From sequence record DRR378314_1401: 64,000 bases of DNA; one strand, 5' to 3'. The notes beneath the pieces were generated by a model that searched no databases, had not been told where the DNA came from, and saw only the letters and a list, made by a program, of their open reading frames with translations. Both the position numbers and the translations under genes were made by a program. The stretch's first letter is position 1. Each line of letters begins with the position of its first letter. Below are positions 20,422-33,564 of the stretch, piece after piece.

Positions 20422-21540
20422 ATGAAACTCACAATCGAACGCAGTACCCTACTGAGCGCACTAAATCATGTGCAGAGTGTTGTCGAACGCCGGAATACTA
20501 TTCCAATTTTATCCAATATTCTCCTCAGTGCCGATGATGGAATGCTCGGTCTGGTCGCAACAGACCTGGATCTCGCGATCAATGAGCAGGTCCCTGCTGA
20601 TATTCAAACATCAGGGGCAATCACTGCACCGGCCCATTTGCTTTATGAAATTGTTCGAAAACTACCCGATGGATCTCAGGTAGAGCTGGATTACCAAAGC
20701 GCCGATGGCCGGATTACGGTTCGCGCTGGCCGCTCTCAGTTCGCGCTTTCCTGTTTGCCAAAAGATGATTTTCCGATCATGGAAACCGGGGAACTGCCTC
20801 ATAGTTTCACGCTGACCGCCAAAGAGCTGAGACGGCTGATCGATAAAACCCGTTTTGCCATCTCAACAGAAGAAACCCGCTATTACCTGAACGGTGTTTA
20901 CCTGCATGCCGCGAATAACGAAGGTATCCCGGTTCTTCGGGCTGTGGCGACCGATGGTCACCGCCTGGCCCGCGTTGAAACGCCCATGCCCTCAAATGCA
21001 GATAACATTCCCGGTGTCATTGTTCCGCGCAAAGCGGTGAATGAGCTTCGCAAACTGATTGATGACAGCGAAGGGGATATCAATATTTCCCTGTCCGATA
21101 ACCGGGTTTGCTTTACCTTTGATCATACGGTTCTGACCTCGAAGCTGATTGACGGGACCTTCCCTGATTACGAACGGGTTATCCCCTCTGGCAACAACAA
21201 GGTGCTGGAGCTGGACGGCAAAACCTTCGCTCAGGCTGTGGACCGCGTCTCGACCGTCTCCACCGAAAAATCCCGCGCCATTAAACTGACCCTGGGCGAT
21301 AATACCGTTACCTTATCCGCCACCGGGGCCGATAGTGGCAGCGCAACCGAAGAGCTGGCTGCCAGCTACAACTCCGGCGACTTGGAAATCGGATTCAATT
21401 CCAAATATCTGCTGGATATCACCGGTCAGATTGAAGGGACCAACGCCCATTTTGAACTGTCCGATGCGCAGTCACCGACAATTGTCAAAGACGGGACGGA
21501 TGATGGGGCCTTGTATGTCCTGATGCCGATGCGGGTCTGA
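20422..21540 (+). CDS. dnaN: DNA polymerase III beta clamp
   Basis: VERRNTIPILSN, ATDGHRLA, KLIDGTFPDY and C-terminal VLMPMRV. Confidence 0.98.
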   Translation: MKLTIERSTLLSALNHVQSVVERRNTIPILSNILLSADDGMLGLVATDLDLAINEQVPADIQTSGAITAPAHLLYEIVRKLPDGSQVELDYQSADGRITVRAGRSQFALSCLPKDDFPIMETGELPHSFTLTAKELRRLIDKTRFAISTEETRYYLNGVYLHAANNEGIPVLRAVATDGHRLARVETPMPSNADNIPGVIVPRKAVNELRKLIDDSEGDINISLSDNRVCFTFDHTVLTSKLIDGTFPDYERVIPSGNNKVLELDGKTFAQAVDRVSTVSTEKSRAIKLTLGDNTVTLSATGADSGSATEELAASYNSGDLEIGFNSKYLLDITGQIEGTNAHFELSDAQSPTIVKDGTDDGALYVLMPMRV

Positions 21541-21589
21541 CCCGCCGGACCAGGCTATCGCGGCACCTTATCCCCATGAGGAGCTCTAT

Positions 21590-22756
21590 TTGATCCCCCT
21601 CGCACTCACGCGCTTGGTATTGACCGATTTTCGCAACTACGCGTATCTGAAACTGGAAACAGATACGCGGCCTGTTGTGCTGACCGGTCCCAATGGCAGC
21701 GGCAAAACCAACCTGCTGGAGGCGATTTCCTTTTTCTCACCAGGGCGGGGGCTGCGCCGGGCTCGCCTCAGGGAAGTGGGTAATGCAGAGGGAAAAGACG
21801 GGTGGGCCGTTTCAGCGCTCTTGAAAGATGAAACCTTTGAGCATCGTCTGGGAACTGGCCTGATCACCAAAATCATCGACGGAGACGTGCAGGAGCGGCG
21901 CACCATCCGGATTGACGGTGCCAATAACCTCAAAGCAACGGACTTTGGCTCTCTTCTATCGATCGGCTGGCTTACCCCGCAAATGGATCGGCTGTTCCAT
22001 GAAGGGGCGGGCGGGCGCCGACGGTTTCTGGACCGGCTCGCGTTCGGCTATGACCCTGAGCATGCCAAAAGAACAGCGTTATATGAAAAAACCATGCGGG
22101 AGCGAAACCGCCTCATGAAGGAAGGCCGGCAGGACCCTCTCTGGTTATCTTCTCTGGAACACCGCCTGGCCGAGTTGGGATTTGCCATTCACGCCGTTCG
22201 CGAAGAAACTTCGGCCCGTCTCAATCAGGCCATGCTGGACGAAGAACGAAAAGCGGCTGGCACAAATGCAACAGCCTTTCCCAAAGCCGAGATTTCCATC
22301 ACCGGGGAGTTTGAAGAAAATGTTCAGGGAATGACCGCGCTAACAGCCGAAGATCATTTTCGCGAAGAGCTTGGGAAACGGCGGAAAATTGATGCTCGGG
22401 CGGGCAGTACAACCTACGGTCCGCACCGGGCTGACATGGCCGTTTTCCATCGGGAAAAAGATCAGGAAGCTGCTTTATGCTCTACTGGTGAACAAAAAGC
22501 GCTTTTAATCTCAATAATCCTTGCCGATGCGCGTCTACAGGCTGGATTACATGGCAAAGCCCCGGTATTATTACTGGATGAAATTACGGCCCATCTCGAT
22601 CAGAAAAGACGGCAAGCCTTGTTCGATGAAATCATCGCCTTGGATATGCAGGCCTGGATGACAGGAACCGATCAGCTGCTTTTCTCCGAACTCGGGGAGA
22701 GGGCACAGTTTTTTACAGTGGATTCAGGGCGGATCAGTCCGACTGAAATTTGCTGA
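21590..22756 (+). CDS. recF: DNA replication/repair protein RecF
   Basis: FRNY, GPNGSGKTNLLEAI, CSTGEQKALL and LLLDE motifs; TTG start behind GAGGAG. Confidence 0.96.
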   Translation: MIPLALTRLVLTDFRNYAYLKLETDTRPVVLTGPNGSGKTNLLEAISFFSPGRGLRRARLREVGNAEGKDGWAVSALLKDETFEHRLGTGLITKIIDGDVQERRTIRIDGANNLKATDFGSLLSIGWLTPQMDRLFHEGAGGRRRFLDRLAFGYDPEHAKRTALYEKTMRERNRLMKEGRQDPLWLSSLEHRLAELGFAIHAVREETSARLNQAMLDEERKAAGTNATAFPKAEISITGEFEENVQGMTALTAEDHFREELGKRRKIDARAGSTTYGPHRADMAVFHREKDQEAALCSTGEQKALLISIILADARLQAGLHGKAPVLLLDEITAHLDQKRRQALFDEIIALDMQAWMTGTDQLLFSELGERAQFFTVDSGRISPTEIC

Positions 22757-22762
22757 ACTTAA

Positions 22763-25219
<2,457 letters not shown>

Positions 25220-25291
25220 TTGACAAGACTAACGGAATATTCACACTATTGGGTCAGGATTGCGGAAATCGAATTGTAAAATGGACGTCAC

Positions 25292-25678
25292 ATGAAACTT
25301 ACAAAACTGATTAGTCTGGCCCTCGCCTCCTCTCTTCTGGCTTTTTCTGCACAGGCGGCGAGTAAGGTTGCCCCTGAACTCAAAGAAGACGCAGAATATA
25401 TGATGCGTAAAGTTGTTGAGGACATTCACGCCCGAAATCTGAGTGCGGTTGTCACCGACACGACACTTGATAAATCCATCAAGGTTGTTGGCCGGGCCGT
25501 CAAATTTATCAAGGCGCGTAAAGATACACGGACCGGAGAAGTTTTCGCCTGTGCCCGTGTCTCCCTGGATGCGAAAATTACCGGACGCAAAAAGGCCTTC
25601 GAAAAAATCAGACGCACTGATGAAATTTGCACCGGCAAGCGCTCTGGCGCGATCAAATATGTCGCCAATATCAACTGA
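25292..25678 (+). CDS. Hypothetical secreted protein, 128 aa, basic, two Cys
   Basis: Sec-type signal peptide MKLTKLISLALASSLLAFSAQA. TTGACA at 25220 suggests its own promoter. Fills the gyrB-PBP gap. Confidence 0.75.
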   Translation: MKLTKLISLALASSLLAFSAQAASKVAPELKEDAEYMMRKVVEDIHARNLSAVVTDTTLDKSIKVVGRAVKFIKARKDTRTGEVFACARVSLDAKITGRKKAFEKIRRTDEICTGKRSGAIKYVANIN

Positions 25679-25788
25679 TTTGTTTTAGGCCTTTCCTCAA
25701 GTCGCAAGACAACTTATTTTTGCCGTAATGATTCCGCAGGTTTGACCTCTCAAACCTGCCAAATTTATGGGTAAGTCGAACTGCGTTC

Positions 25789-27903
25789 ATGAAAAAACCT
25801 AGTAGCCGGTCAAAACAAAAACCAGCCTCCTCCAAAAAAGAAACGCTGCCATATGAACAAAGGCAGCCTCCGGGGCGGCGGGTCAATGCATCCCGATCCA
25901 AGAAAGCAAAACCCCCAAAATCAGCGCCCAGAAAAGCTTCTGCTAACAGAAAAAAATCGGCAAATGTGGCGGCATCGACCGGATCTCCCTTCCTTTCAGG
26001 TTTGCTGAACTGGGGCGGAACGGTTGTTTTATGGGGTATTTTGCTGGTTGGCATTGTAATGGGCTATTTTGCCTATACCCTGCCCAGCATTTCTGGCATC
26101 GATGTTATTGAAAAACGCCCATCTCTCATTTTGAAATCAAGTACCGGGCAGTCTTTTGCCACCTATGGCGACCTTTATGGGCGCATGCTGACCCCTGAAC
26201 AGATCCCGACCCGCATGAAACAAGCGGTTCTGGCGACAGAAGACGCCCATTTTTACAGTCATTTTGGCATTAATCCCTTTAGTCTTGTCCGGGCCATGTG
26301 GCGAAACTATCAGGCCGGGCGCGTCGTTGAAGGCGGCAGCACCATTACCCAGCAGCTGGCCAAGAACTTGTTTCTAACGCCAGAGCGAAATATTCAGCGA
26401 AAAATACGCGAAGTGCTTTTGGCCTTTTGGCTGGAAGCGAGCTATAGCAAGGAAGAAATTCTCGCCCTATACCTGAACCGCATGTATTTCGGATCCGGAA
26501 CGTTTGGAATTGATGCTGCGACCCGAAAGTATTTTAATAAAGATATCAGTCAATTAGACGTGGGCGAAGCGGCGCTGCTTGCAGGGCTTCTCAAGGCACC
26601 AACCTATTATGCCCCCACCGTCAACCTCAAACGATCTCAGCAGCGCTCCACCGTTGTGATCCGCCGCATGCAAGCAGAAGAGTTCCTGACAAAGGCCCAG
26701 GCAGACAAACTGGTGAAAAATCCGGCAACACTTCGGCATGCGGGCAGTAACTTCAAAAATGTCCGGTATTTCTCCGACTGGATTGTTAGCGAGGTTCGCT
26801 CTTATGTCGGGCGGACGGAGGATGATCTGGTCGTGACCACCAGTCTGGATCTGAAGCTGCAAAAAGCTGCCGAACAGGCCATTGAAACTCAACTCAGTAA
26901 AAATGGGACTAAATTCAAGGTATCACAAGCCGCCCTCATCGCCATGAGCCCCAATGGCGAGGTCAAGGCGATGGTTGGCGGGCGCAGTTATAGTCAGTCC
27001 TCTTTTAACCGGGCCACATCTGCCTATCGACAACCGGGATCGGTGTTTAAAACAATTGTCTATGCCGCCGGGTTTGAGGCGGGCCGAAGCCCCGATGACG
27101 TTTATTATGACGGTCCGGTCAATATCAATGGCTGGAAGCCGGAAAACTATACCCGTAGGTACCAGGGCAACATGACCCTTCGCACAGCTTTTGCCAAATC
27201 CATTAACACGGTTGCCATTCGCCTGAGCGAGGATATTGGCCGCAATCGCGTGGTCAATATGGCAGCCCGTCTGGGACTGGGCAGCAATATGAAAGCCCAT
27301 CCGTCAATTGCCCTTGGAACCCAGGAAGTAACCCTGCTGGATATCAGCGCGGCCTTTGCAGTGATCGCCAATGGTGGGCGTGGGGTGATCCCCTTCGCCG
27401 TCAAAGAAATTCGCAACAAGCAGGGGGACATTCTGTATTCCCGGTCCAGCTCCGGCCGGGGTCAGTTGATCAAGGGACAGACGGTCAATGAAATGCGGGA
27501 TGTCATGACAAGCGCCATGCAAACAGGAACCGGACGCTCTGCAAATCCCGGTTTTGCTGCCGCAGGAAAAACCGGAACCACTCAGGATTACCGCGATGCC
27601 TGGTTCATCGGCTTTACGCCCAAGCTGGTTGCTGGGGTATGGTTCGGAAACGACAATGGCACCCCAACCGGCAAGGTTACCGGCAGTAACCTGCCGTCCT
27701 ACACCTGGAAGGATTTCATGAGCCGGGCTCTTGGCAAGGCCGAGCAGCCGGTCTTCACTGCGGTGAATGAAACCGGGGGCAAGGATGATCAAAAAAGCAT
27801 TTGGGATAAAATTGTCCAGACCTTCAGTGGCGGTGGTGGGTCTTCAGACAACGACCCCACCGTTAAAGAAGAGTATCCGTATGATAACGACACCCGCCCC
27901 TAA
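25789..27903 (+). CDS. Class A penicillin-binding protein (PBP1A family)
   Basis: Basic cytoplasmic N-terminus plus a TM helix; transglycosylase motifs EDAHFYSH and GGSTITQQLAKN; transpeptidase motifs SVFK, SIN and KTGT. Confidence 0.95.
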   Translation: MKKPSSRSKQKPASSKKETLPYEQRQPPGRRVNASRSKKAKPPKSAPRKASANRKKSANVAASTGSPFLSGLLNWGGTVVLWGILLVGIVMGYFAYTLPSISGIDVIEKRPSLILKSSTGQSFATYGDLYGRMLTPEQIPTRMKQAVLATEDAHFYSHFGINPFSLVRAMWRNYQAGRVVEGGSTITQQLAKNLFLTPERNIQRKIREVLLAFWLEASYSKEEILALYLNRMYFGSGTFGIDAATRKYFNKDISQLDVGEAALLAGLLKAPTYYAPTVNLKRSQQRSTVVIRRMQAEEFLTKAQADKLVKNPATLRHAGSNFKNVRYFSDWIVSEVRSYVGRTEDDLVVTTSLDLKLQKAAEQAIETQLSKNGTKFKVSQAALIAMSPNGEVKAMVGGRSYSQSSFNRATSAYRQPGSVFKTIVYAAGFEAGRSPDDVYYDGPVNINGWKPENYTRRYQGNMTLRTAFAKSINTVAIRLSEDIGRNRVVNMAARLGLGSNMKAHPSIALGTQEVTLLDISAAFAVIANGGRGVIPFAVKEIRNKQGDILYSRSSSGRGQLIKGQTVNEMRDVMTSAMQTGTGRSANPGFAAAGKTGTTQDYRDAWFIGFTPKLVAGVWFGNDNGTPTGKVTGSNLPSYTWKDFMSRALGKAEQPVFTAVNETGGKDDQKSIWDKIVQTFSGGGGSSDNDPTVKEEYPYDNDTRP

Positions 27904-27920
27904 ACGCTTCAGGTAAGAAA

Positions 27921-29600
27921 TCACCCGATCAGACCGGCGCCTGCCCGCTCCAGAATCTTGTCGATCGGGGCCCCATCGGGCAAAGATCCGTAAACGTGAC
28001 CCCCGCCCATACCCAGCCGCGTTGCAGCAAAACAGCTGGCAATCTCTTCTGGTGCATTTCGATGTAACAGTGATGTCTGAACAATCTTGGCCATCTGCTC
28101 GGTCAGCCAACGGGCCCGCGCCTCTCCCAAAGATCCGCTTTCAAATGCCTGCAGGATCTCTGTCAGCGCCCGATCATAATCTGGATGCCAGCCCATATCC
28201 TTTTGCAAGTCGCCCAACACAGCCATAAAAGCCTTTGGTTCTCGGGCAATGGCTCTCATCACATCCAGGCACATGACATTGCCAGATCCTTCCCAGATAC
28301 TATTGACCGGGCTTTCGCGGAAAATCCGGCCCATAGGGCTTTCTTCCACATACCCCGACCCCCCATGACATTCCATGGCCTCATAGGTGAAATTGGGCGT
28401 CCGCTTGCAAATCCAGTATTTACCGATGGCCGTGACAATCCGTTTATACCCCTCTTCCACCTCATTGGTGCCAACCCTGTCAAAACTGCCGGCAACCCGC
28501 ATCATCATCTGGGCTGCCGCTTCGCTTTCCATGGCCAGATCCGCCAGAAGCACCCGCATCAGCGGTTGATCAATCAGCCGCTTTTGAAACGCCCGGCGGT
28601 TGGAGGCATGATATAAAGCATGCAGCAACCCCGCCCGCATCAACGCAGCAGATCCCATAATGCAATACAGGCGGGTATGCTGAACCATTTCGATAATGGT
28701 CGGAACGCCTCGACCCTCCTCACCCACCATCACCGCATAGGTATCGATAAACTCCATCTCGCTGGAGGCATTTGACCGGTTCCCAACCTTTTCCTTCAAC
28801 CGCTGAATAAACAGGTTGTTCCGGCTGCCATCCGGTTTCCAGCGGGGCAGAAAGAAACAGGTGATCCCCTTTTCGGTCTGAGCCAGGGTCAGAAATGCAT
28901 CCGACATAGGAGCAGAGCAGAACCATTTATGTCCGTTTAGCAAATAGGCCGCGCCGGGCCCGGTATCCTCTGCCAAAGGGGTGGCTCGTGTACTGTTGGA
29001 GCGCACATCGGATCCACCCTGCTTTTCCGTCATGAACATGCCCATGGTCATGCCCGTTTTTTGATCTGCTGGAATGGATCGGTGATCATAGGTATCCGAC
29101 AGCAGCAGATCCTGCAGCTCTTTTCGAAGGTTTTCCTGCGCTTTCAGGGCCGGATATACGGCGTAAGTCATTGCCATTGGACAGGCGACACCACCTTCGG
29201 TCTGGCTGAAAATATAGGCCAGCGCCATTTGCGCTGCGTGGGCGCCAGGCTGGCCTTCATTGGCCCATGCATAATTGTGAATGCGGCCCTTCATGGCTTT
29301 CTTCATCAGCTCATGATAGGCCGGATGAAACTCCACCTCATTAACCCGGCGACCATAGGGATCAAAAGGCTTGATCTCCGGTGAGTGGCGATCGGCTAGG
29401 CGCGCCAGTTCGCGGCTTTCAGCCGTGCCCATATCCGCCGCAAAATCCCGGATATGATCGAGCGCCCAGGCAGCTCCTTCGCGCTCAATCATTTCCTTTA
29501 GTGCCGGATCCACATCCAGATAATTCAAATCACCCATCGCGGATGGCTGATTTTCAACGTCATGGGTCGGAAGTCCACTGATTGGGGCATGAAACGGCAT
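27921..29600 (-). CDS. Acyl-CoA dehydrogenase, AidB-like
   Basis: THDVENQP N-terminus, MTEKQGGSDV, GHKWFCSAPMSD and NSIWEGSGNVMCLDV motifs. Confidence 0.9.
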   Translation of the reverse strand: MPFHAPISGLPTHDVENQPSAMGDLNYLDVDPALKEMIEREGAAWALDHIRDFAADMGTAESRELARLADRHSPEIKPFDPYGRRVNEVEFHPAYHELMKKAMKGRIHNYAWANEGQPGAHAAQMALAYIFSQTEGGVACPMAMTYAVYPALKAQENLRKELQDLLLSDTYDHRSIPADQKTGMTMGMFMTEKQGGSDVRSNSTRATPLAEDTGPGAAYLLNGHKWFCSAPMSDAFLTLAQTEKGITCFFLPRWKPDGSRNNLFIQRLKEKVGNRSNASSEMEFIDTYAVMVGEEGRGVPTIIEMVQHTRLYCIMGSAALMRAGLLHALYHASNRRAFQKRLIDQPLMRVLLADLAMESEAAAQMMMRVAGSFDRVGTNEVEEGYKRIVTAIGKYWICKRTPNFTYEAMECHGGSGYVEESPMGRIFRESPVNSIWEGSGNVMCLDVMRAIAREPKAFMAVLGDLQKDMGWHPDYDRALTEILQAFESGSLGEARARWLTEQMAKIVQTSLLHRNAPEEIASCFAATRLGMGGGHVYGSLPDGAPIDKILERAGAGLIG

Positions 29601-29694
29601 TGGGGCACCTCTTGGTCAAATTAGTCTTGGAAAGTAATGTGACCCATCAACCCCTGCCGGGCAAGACTGTCGTAACGGAAAGCAGGCCCGATTT

Positions 29695-30900
29695 TTAACC
29701 CGCGACCGGTTTAACCATTTTCCGGCTGGTCAATCGGCTAATACCAAAGGACAAAACCCCCATGACACAAACCGCGACCACCAGGGATAACGAATTCCCG
29801 GCAAAGAAATGCGCCGTTAGATAGCCAGTAACTGAGGCCATACCCAACAACAAAAACCCACTGAGGGCGGAGGCGGCACCGGCCTTTTCCGGGAATGGGT
29901 GAATGGCCGCAGCCTGAGATTGCGGCATCACAATCCCAACGCCTAAATCATAAATGATCATCGGCAAAATAATGGCTGCGGGAACCTGATAGCCGGCGTA
30001 AAAAAGGCCACATAAAAGCGCCGCACCCAGCACTGAAATCGATGTTCCGATAAAAAGGGCTGTATCCAGGCCGAAACGGCTGTTCAAAATGGGACCCAGC
30101 AGGGTTCCCGATATATACCCGATGACCACAGATCCAAAATAATAGCCAAACTGATCAATAGGCACCCGCATTACCGAAACCAGAATATGTGCGGATACCG
30201 AAATAAACGCGAAAAACCCAGAAAAACAAAAGGCGCAGGTGAGCGCATAGCCCATAAAAGACCAGTTTTTCACCAGATCCCGGTAGTTTCGAAAAACCTG
30301 CAATGGATGAATGGCTTTAAGATCTTTATTTTTTAAAGATTCCTCGACAAAGAAACTGCTGAAAATCAGCACAAGGATGCCATATCCCATCAACAGTAAA
30401 AAAATTCCCTGCCAGCCGGTATGAACCGCGACATATCCCCCGACAACCGGGGCAATCGCCGGGGCCAGCCCCATGATACTGCCCATACGCGATAATTTAC
30501 GGGCGGCCATTTCCCGGTCGAATAAATCGCGCACCATTGCTCTTGGTATGACAACTCCCGCACATACCCCGATGGACTGAAAAAAGCGGGCAATTGTGAT
30601 GCTTTCAATGGTTGTCGCCTGGGCAGCGCCATAGCTGGCAATCACAAAGATCAAAAGGCCGATGAATAAAATGGGTTTGCGTCCAAACCGGTCCGATAAG
30701 GGTCCGACAATCAGCTGAAAGCTGGCCAAACCGATCATGAACAGACTTAAGGTCCACTGAACTTTTGAAACAGATACATTGAACAGGGATTCTAGGATAG
30801 GAAAGGTTGGCAAATACATATCTGTCGCCAATGGGCCCAGCGCGACAGTTGACGACAAAAAGACAGTAAACCAGAAACTGTTTTTACCTAGACATCTCAT
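29695..30900 (-). CDS. Bcr/CflA family MFS drug efflux transporter
   Basis: LATDMYLP, GPLSDRFGRKP and APAIAPVVGG motifs; about 12 TM segments. Confidence 0.92.
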   Translation of the reverse strand: MRCLGKNSFWFTVFLSSTVALGPLATDMYLPTFPILESLFNVSVSKVQWTLSLFMIGLASFQLIVGPLSDRFGRKPILFIGLLIFVIASYGAAQATTIESITIARFFQSIGVCAGVVIPRAMVRDLFDREMAARKLSRMGSIMGLAPAIAPVVGGYVAVHTGWQGIFLLLMGYGILVLIFSSFFVEESLKNKDLKAIHPLQVFRNYRDLVKNWSFMGYALTCAFCFSGFFAFISVSAHILVSVMRVPIDQFGYYFGSVVIGYISGTLLGPILNSRFGLDTALFIGTSISVLGAALLCGLFYAGYQVPAAIILPMIIYDLGVGIVMPQSQAAAIHPFPEKAGAASALSGFLLLGMASVTGYLTAHFFAGNSLSLVVAVCVMGVLSFGISRLTSRKMVKPVAG

Positions 30901-30947
30901 TCAACGCGCAGCTCCACATATGTGCGCTTTAATGTATATAGTTTACG

Positions 30948-31685
30948 CTAAATGGTTGCATCATATTTATGGTATTTACCCGCATTTTTTTTCATCCACT
31001 GGCGAGATTGCTCAAATTCCGGGTAAAGACTAGCCACAAAACCCCAAAATTCCGGGCTATGGTCCATATGTTTTAAATGAGCGACTTCATGGGCCACAAC
31101 ATACCGCAAGGCGGCCTCGGGCATTAAAATCAATCGCCAGGAGAAATTCAAATTCCCGGTCGCAGAGCAACTGCCCCACCGGCTTTTCTGATCCCGCACT
31201 GTTAAACGGCCAAAACTTAAACCGCTTTTTTGGGAAAACTGTTCTGCCTCTTGCAGCAGTTTCTGTCGGGCTTCTTTTTTCAGCCAGTCCCGAACCCGTC
31301 GCGGCAGATGCTCAATCCGCCCGGACACTGTCAGCCGCCCCTCCTGCTGCCAAACCGGCCGCGGGCCCCGATCAACATGACAGATCAAATGATCTTTTCC
31401 CAAAACCGGGATAGAGGCACCAACCTCAAAATAGACCGGGATTTCGACCGTTTTCAGGGTTTTCGTAATCCAGCCGGCTTCTGCTTCAACGAATTTGCGG
31501 GCCTGCGTAGCTGGTATGCCTTTGGGTATAACCAGTTCAACCCGCCCATTATGCCGAACCTTCAGTTTCAGTCTTTTGGCTTTTGCAGAATAGACCAGCC
31601 AGACATCAACGGGCCTTTTCCCCGGAGAGGTTCGGAGTTCGAATTTTTCCAGTTTTGGTGCTGATGATTTCAGGAAGCTTGCCAA
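30948..31685 (-). CDS. M48/YgjP (DUF45) family metal-dependent hydrolase
   Basis: QKSRWGSCS and YVVAHEVAHL (HExxH) HMDHSPEFW motifs. Confidence 0.92.
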   Translation of the reverse strand: MASFLKSSAPKLEKFELRTSPGKRPVDVWLVYSAKAKRLKLKVRHNGRVELVIPKGIPATQARKFVEAEAGWITKTLKTVEIPVYFEVGASIPVLGKDHLICHVDRGPRPVWQQEGRLTVSGRIEHLPRRVRDWLKKEARQKLLQEAEQFSQKSGLSFGRLTVRDQKSRWGSCSATGNLNFSWRLILMPEAALRYVVAHEVAHLKHMDHSPEFWGFVASLYPEFEQSRQWMKKNAGKYHKYDATI

Positions 31686-31687
31686 AC

Positions 31688-32134
31688 TCAGGAGAAATCC
31701 TCCTCTGGCCAGTCAACGATGTGATCTTCCAAATCCCCTGCTTTGCGTTCAGAAATGACCCGCCCTCTGGCAGAAATACCTGCTTCATGGACCGTGTTGG
31801 CGGATCCGGAGACCAGTGGATGCCACCAGGCAAGACCTTTTCCCTCTGAGACCCGTCGATAGGCGCAGGTTTTGGGCATCCAGGCAAGATCGGGGATTTT
31901 TTTGGGGGTCAGCGTCACACAATCGGGGACAAGCCGGCTTCGCTCCGCATAATTCAGGCATCGGCAATTGCCGATATCCAATTGCCGGCAAGCCACATCC
32001 GTATAGGCGATTTCAAGTGTATCTTCGTCTTCCAGCTTGAGAAGGCAACATTTGGCACAGCCATCACAAAGGGATTCCCACTGTGCCGTCGTCATATCCT
32101 CAAGCGGAACCGTTTCCCAAAAGGGTTTATCCAT
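31688..32134 (-). CDS. YcgN family cysteine-cluster protein
   Basis: WESLCDGCAKCCL, WMPKTCAYR and WHPLVSG motifs. Confidence 0.93.
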   Translation of the reverse strand: MDKPFWETVPLEDMTTAQWESLCDGCAKCCLLKLEDEDTLEIAYTDVACRQLDIGNCRCLNYAERSRLVPDCVTLTPKKIPDLAWMPKTCAYRRVSEGKGLAWWHPLVSGSANTVHEAGISARGRVISERKAGDLEDHIVDWPEEDFS

Positions 32135-32166
32135 CTCAGACCTTCTGCGGTTTCTGCCGTCAGGTC

Positions 32167-33390
32167 TTACTTATCATGTTTCCGGATAAATTTCGCAATA
32201 CGTGGGGCAATAAATTTTCGGAATTTGGAGCCGTTGAATACACCATAATGGCCAACGCCCTGTTGTTCGTAATGTTCTTTCATCCCATCTTTCAGATTGA
32301 CGCAAAGATCATGAGCCGCAACGGTTTGGCCAATGCCGGAAATATCATCAAGCTCGCCTTCAACGGTCAAAAGCGCTGTTTTCTCAATCGCACCCGTATC
32401 TACCAGATGATCGCCGCGATAGATCATCTCTCCTTTTGCAAGGCTTTGCTTTTGGAACACGGTTTCAATGGTTTGCAGATAATATTCGGCGCTTAAATCC
32501 ATAACCGCATTATATTCGGCATAAAAGGCCCGGTGTTTATCAGCGCTGTCTCCGTCACCCTCAACAAGATGATCAAACTGCTGAATATGCGCATCCATAT
32601 GGCGCTCCAGATTCATCGAAACGAAACCGCCTAGCTGCAAAAATCCAGGATAAACCCTCCGGAACGCACCGGGATATCCAACCGGTACGGAATAAATAAC
32701 TGTTCTCTCAAACCATTCCAGTGAATGATCCATCGCCAATTTACAGGGAACAGTTGGATGACGGCGCGTATCGATCGGGCTGCCCATCAGCGTCATGGAT
32801 CTGGGCGTGTTCGGATCTTTGGCCTCTGACATCAGGGCAATGGCGGCTAATACCGGCACCCCTGGCTGGCACACGGCCAAAACATGAGTATCCGGGCCGA
32901 GATGTTTCATGAATGCTCTGAGATAATCAATATAATCATCCAGATCAAAGCCCCCATCTGCCAAGGGTACAGAAGACGCATCCCGCCAGTCGGTGATATA
33001 GACGTCATGATCGGGCAACATGGTTTCAACAGTGCCCCGAAGTAGCGTTGCAAAATGCCCAGACATGGGCGCAACCATCAGGATCTTCGGATCTTTTCGA
33101 TCTGTTTCCCGTTTGAAATGTTTCAACTGACCAAAAGGAAGGCGGTGCACAATTTGTTCCACAACCGGAACTGTTTTGCCGTCAATAATGGTCTCATGCA
33201 GGCCAAATGCTGGCTTTCCATGATATTGGGTGGTTTCTGCAAATAAGTCATATGCCGCAGCCAACGTGCGGGCTTGAGGAGTTTCCGCCAAGGGATTAAA
33301 TGGGCTTCTCAGGATCTGAGATTGAAACTGGGCAGCCATACGAACTGGTGATAGGGCTAGTCTTTGTAGTTCGTTAAATTGATACAACAT
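32167..33390 (-). CDS. phaZ: Intracellular polyhydroxyalkanoate depolymerase
   Basis: VAPMSGHFATLLRGTV, AVCQP (catalytic Cys), GELDDISG and GHYGVFNG motifs. Start trimmed to MLYQFNE. Confidence 0.95.
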   Translation of the reverse strand: MLYQFNELQRLALSPVRMAAQFQSQILRSPFNPLAETPQARTLAAAYDLFAETTQYHGKPAFGLHETIIDGKTVPVVEQIVHRLPFGQLKHFKRETDRKDPKILMVAPMSGHFATLLRGTVETMLPDHDVYITDWRDASSVPLADGGFDLDDYIDYLRAFMKHLGPDTHVLAVCQPGVPVLAAIALMSEAKDPNTPRSMTLMGSPIDTRRHPTVPCKLAMDHSLEWFERTVIYSVPVGYPGAFRRVYPGFLQLGGFVSMNLERHMDAHIQQFDHLVEGDGDSADKHRAFYAEYNAVMDLSAEYYLQTIETVFQKQSLAKGEMIYRGDHLVDTGAIEKTALLTVEGELDDISGIGQTVAAHDLCVNLKDGMKEHYEQQGVGHYGVFNGSKFRKFIAPRIAKFIRKHDK

Positions 33391-33454
33391 GGAAGGAACT
33401 CCTACCCCGGAAAGGGGATAAACCTTATACAAGCGTCATATTACGCTGATTTAC

Positions 33455-33468
33455 GCTGCAATGCAACA
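33455..33468. promoter_or_regulatory. Candidate PhaR operator upstream of phaZ
   Basis: GCTGCAATGCAACA carries the TGC-N3-GCA core. TTACGCTG also occurs twice with a 10-bp period (33441, 33451). Confidence 0.55.
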
Positions 33469-33564
33469 TAACTCCCTTTATACAGATTTTTGGTTAATTA
33501 TTTGCAACCAAATCCAACAGCCTGCTAAACTCAAGGCAGTTGGATTTTCAATGGAGACGCACTC

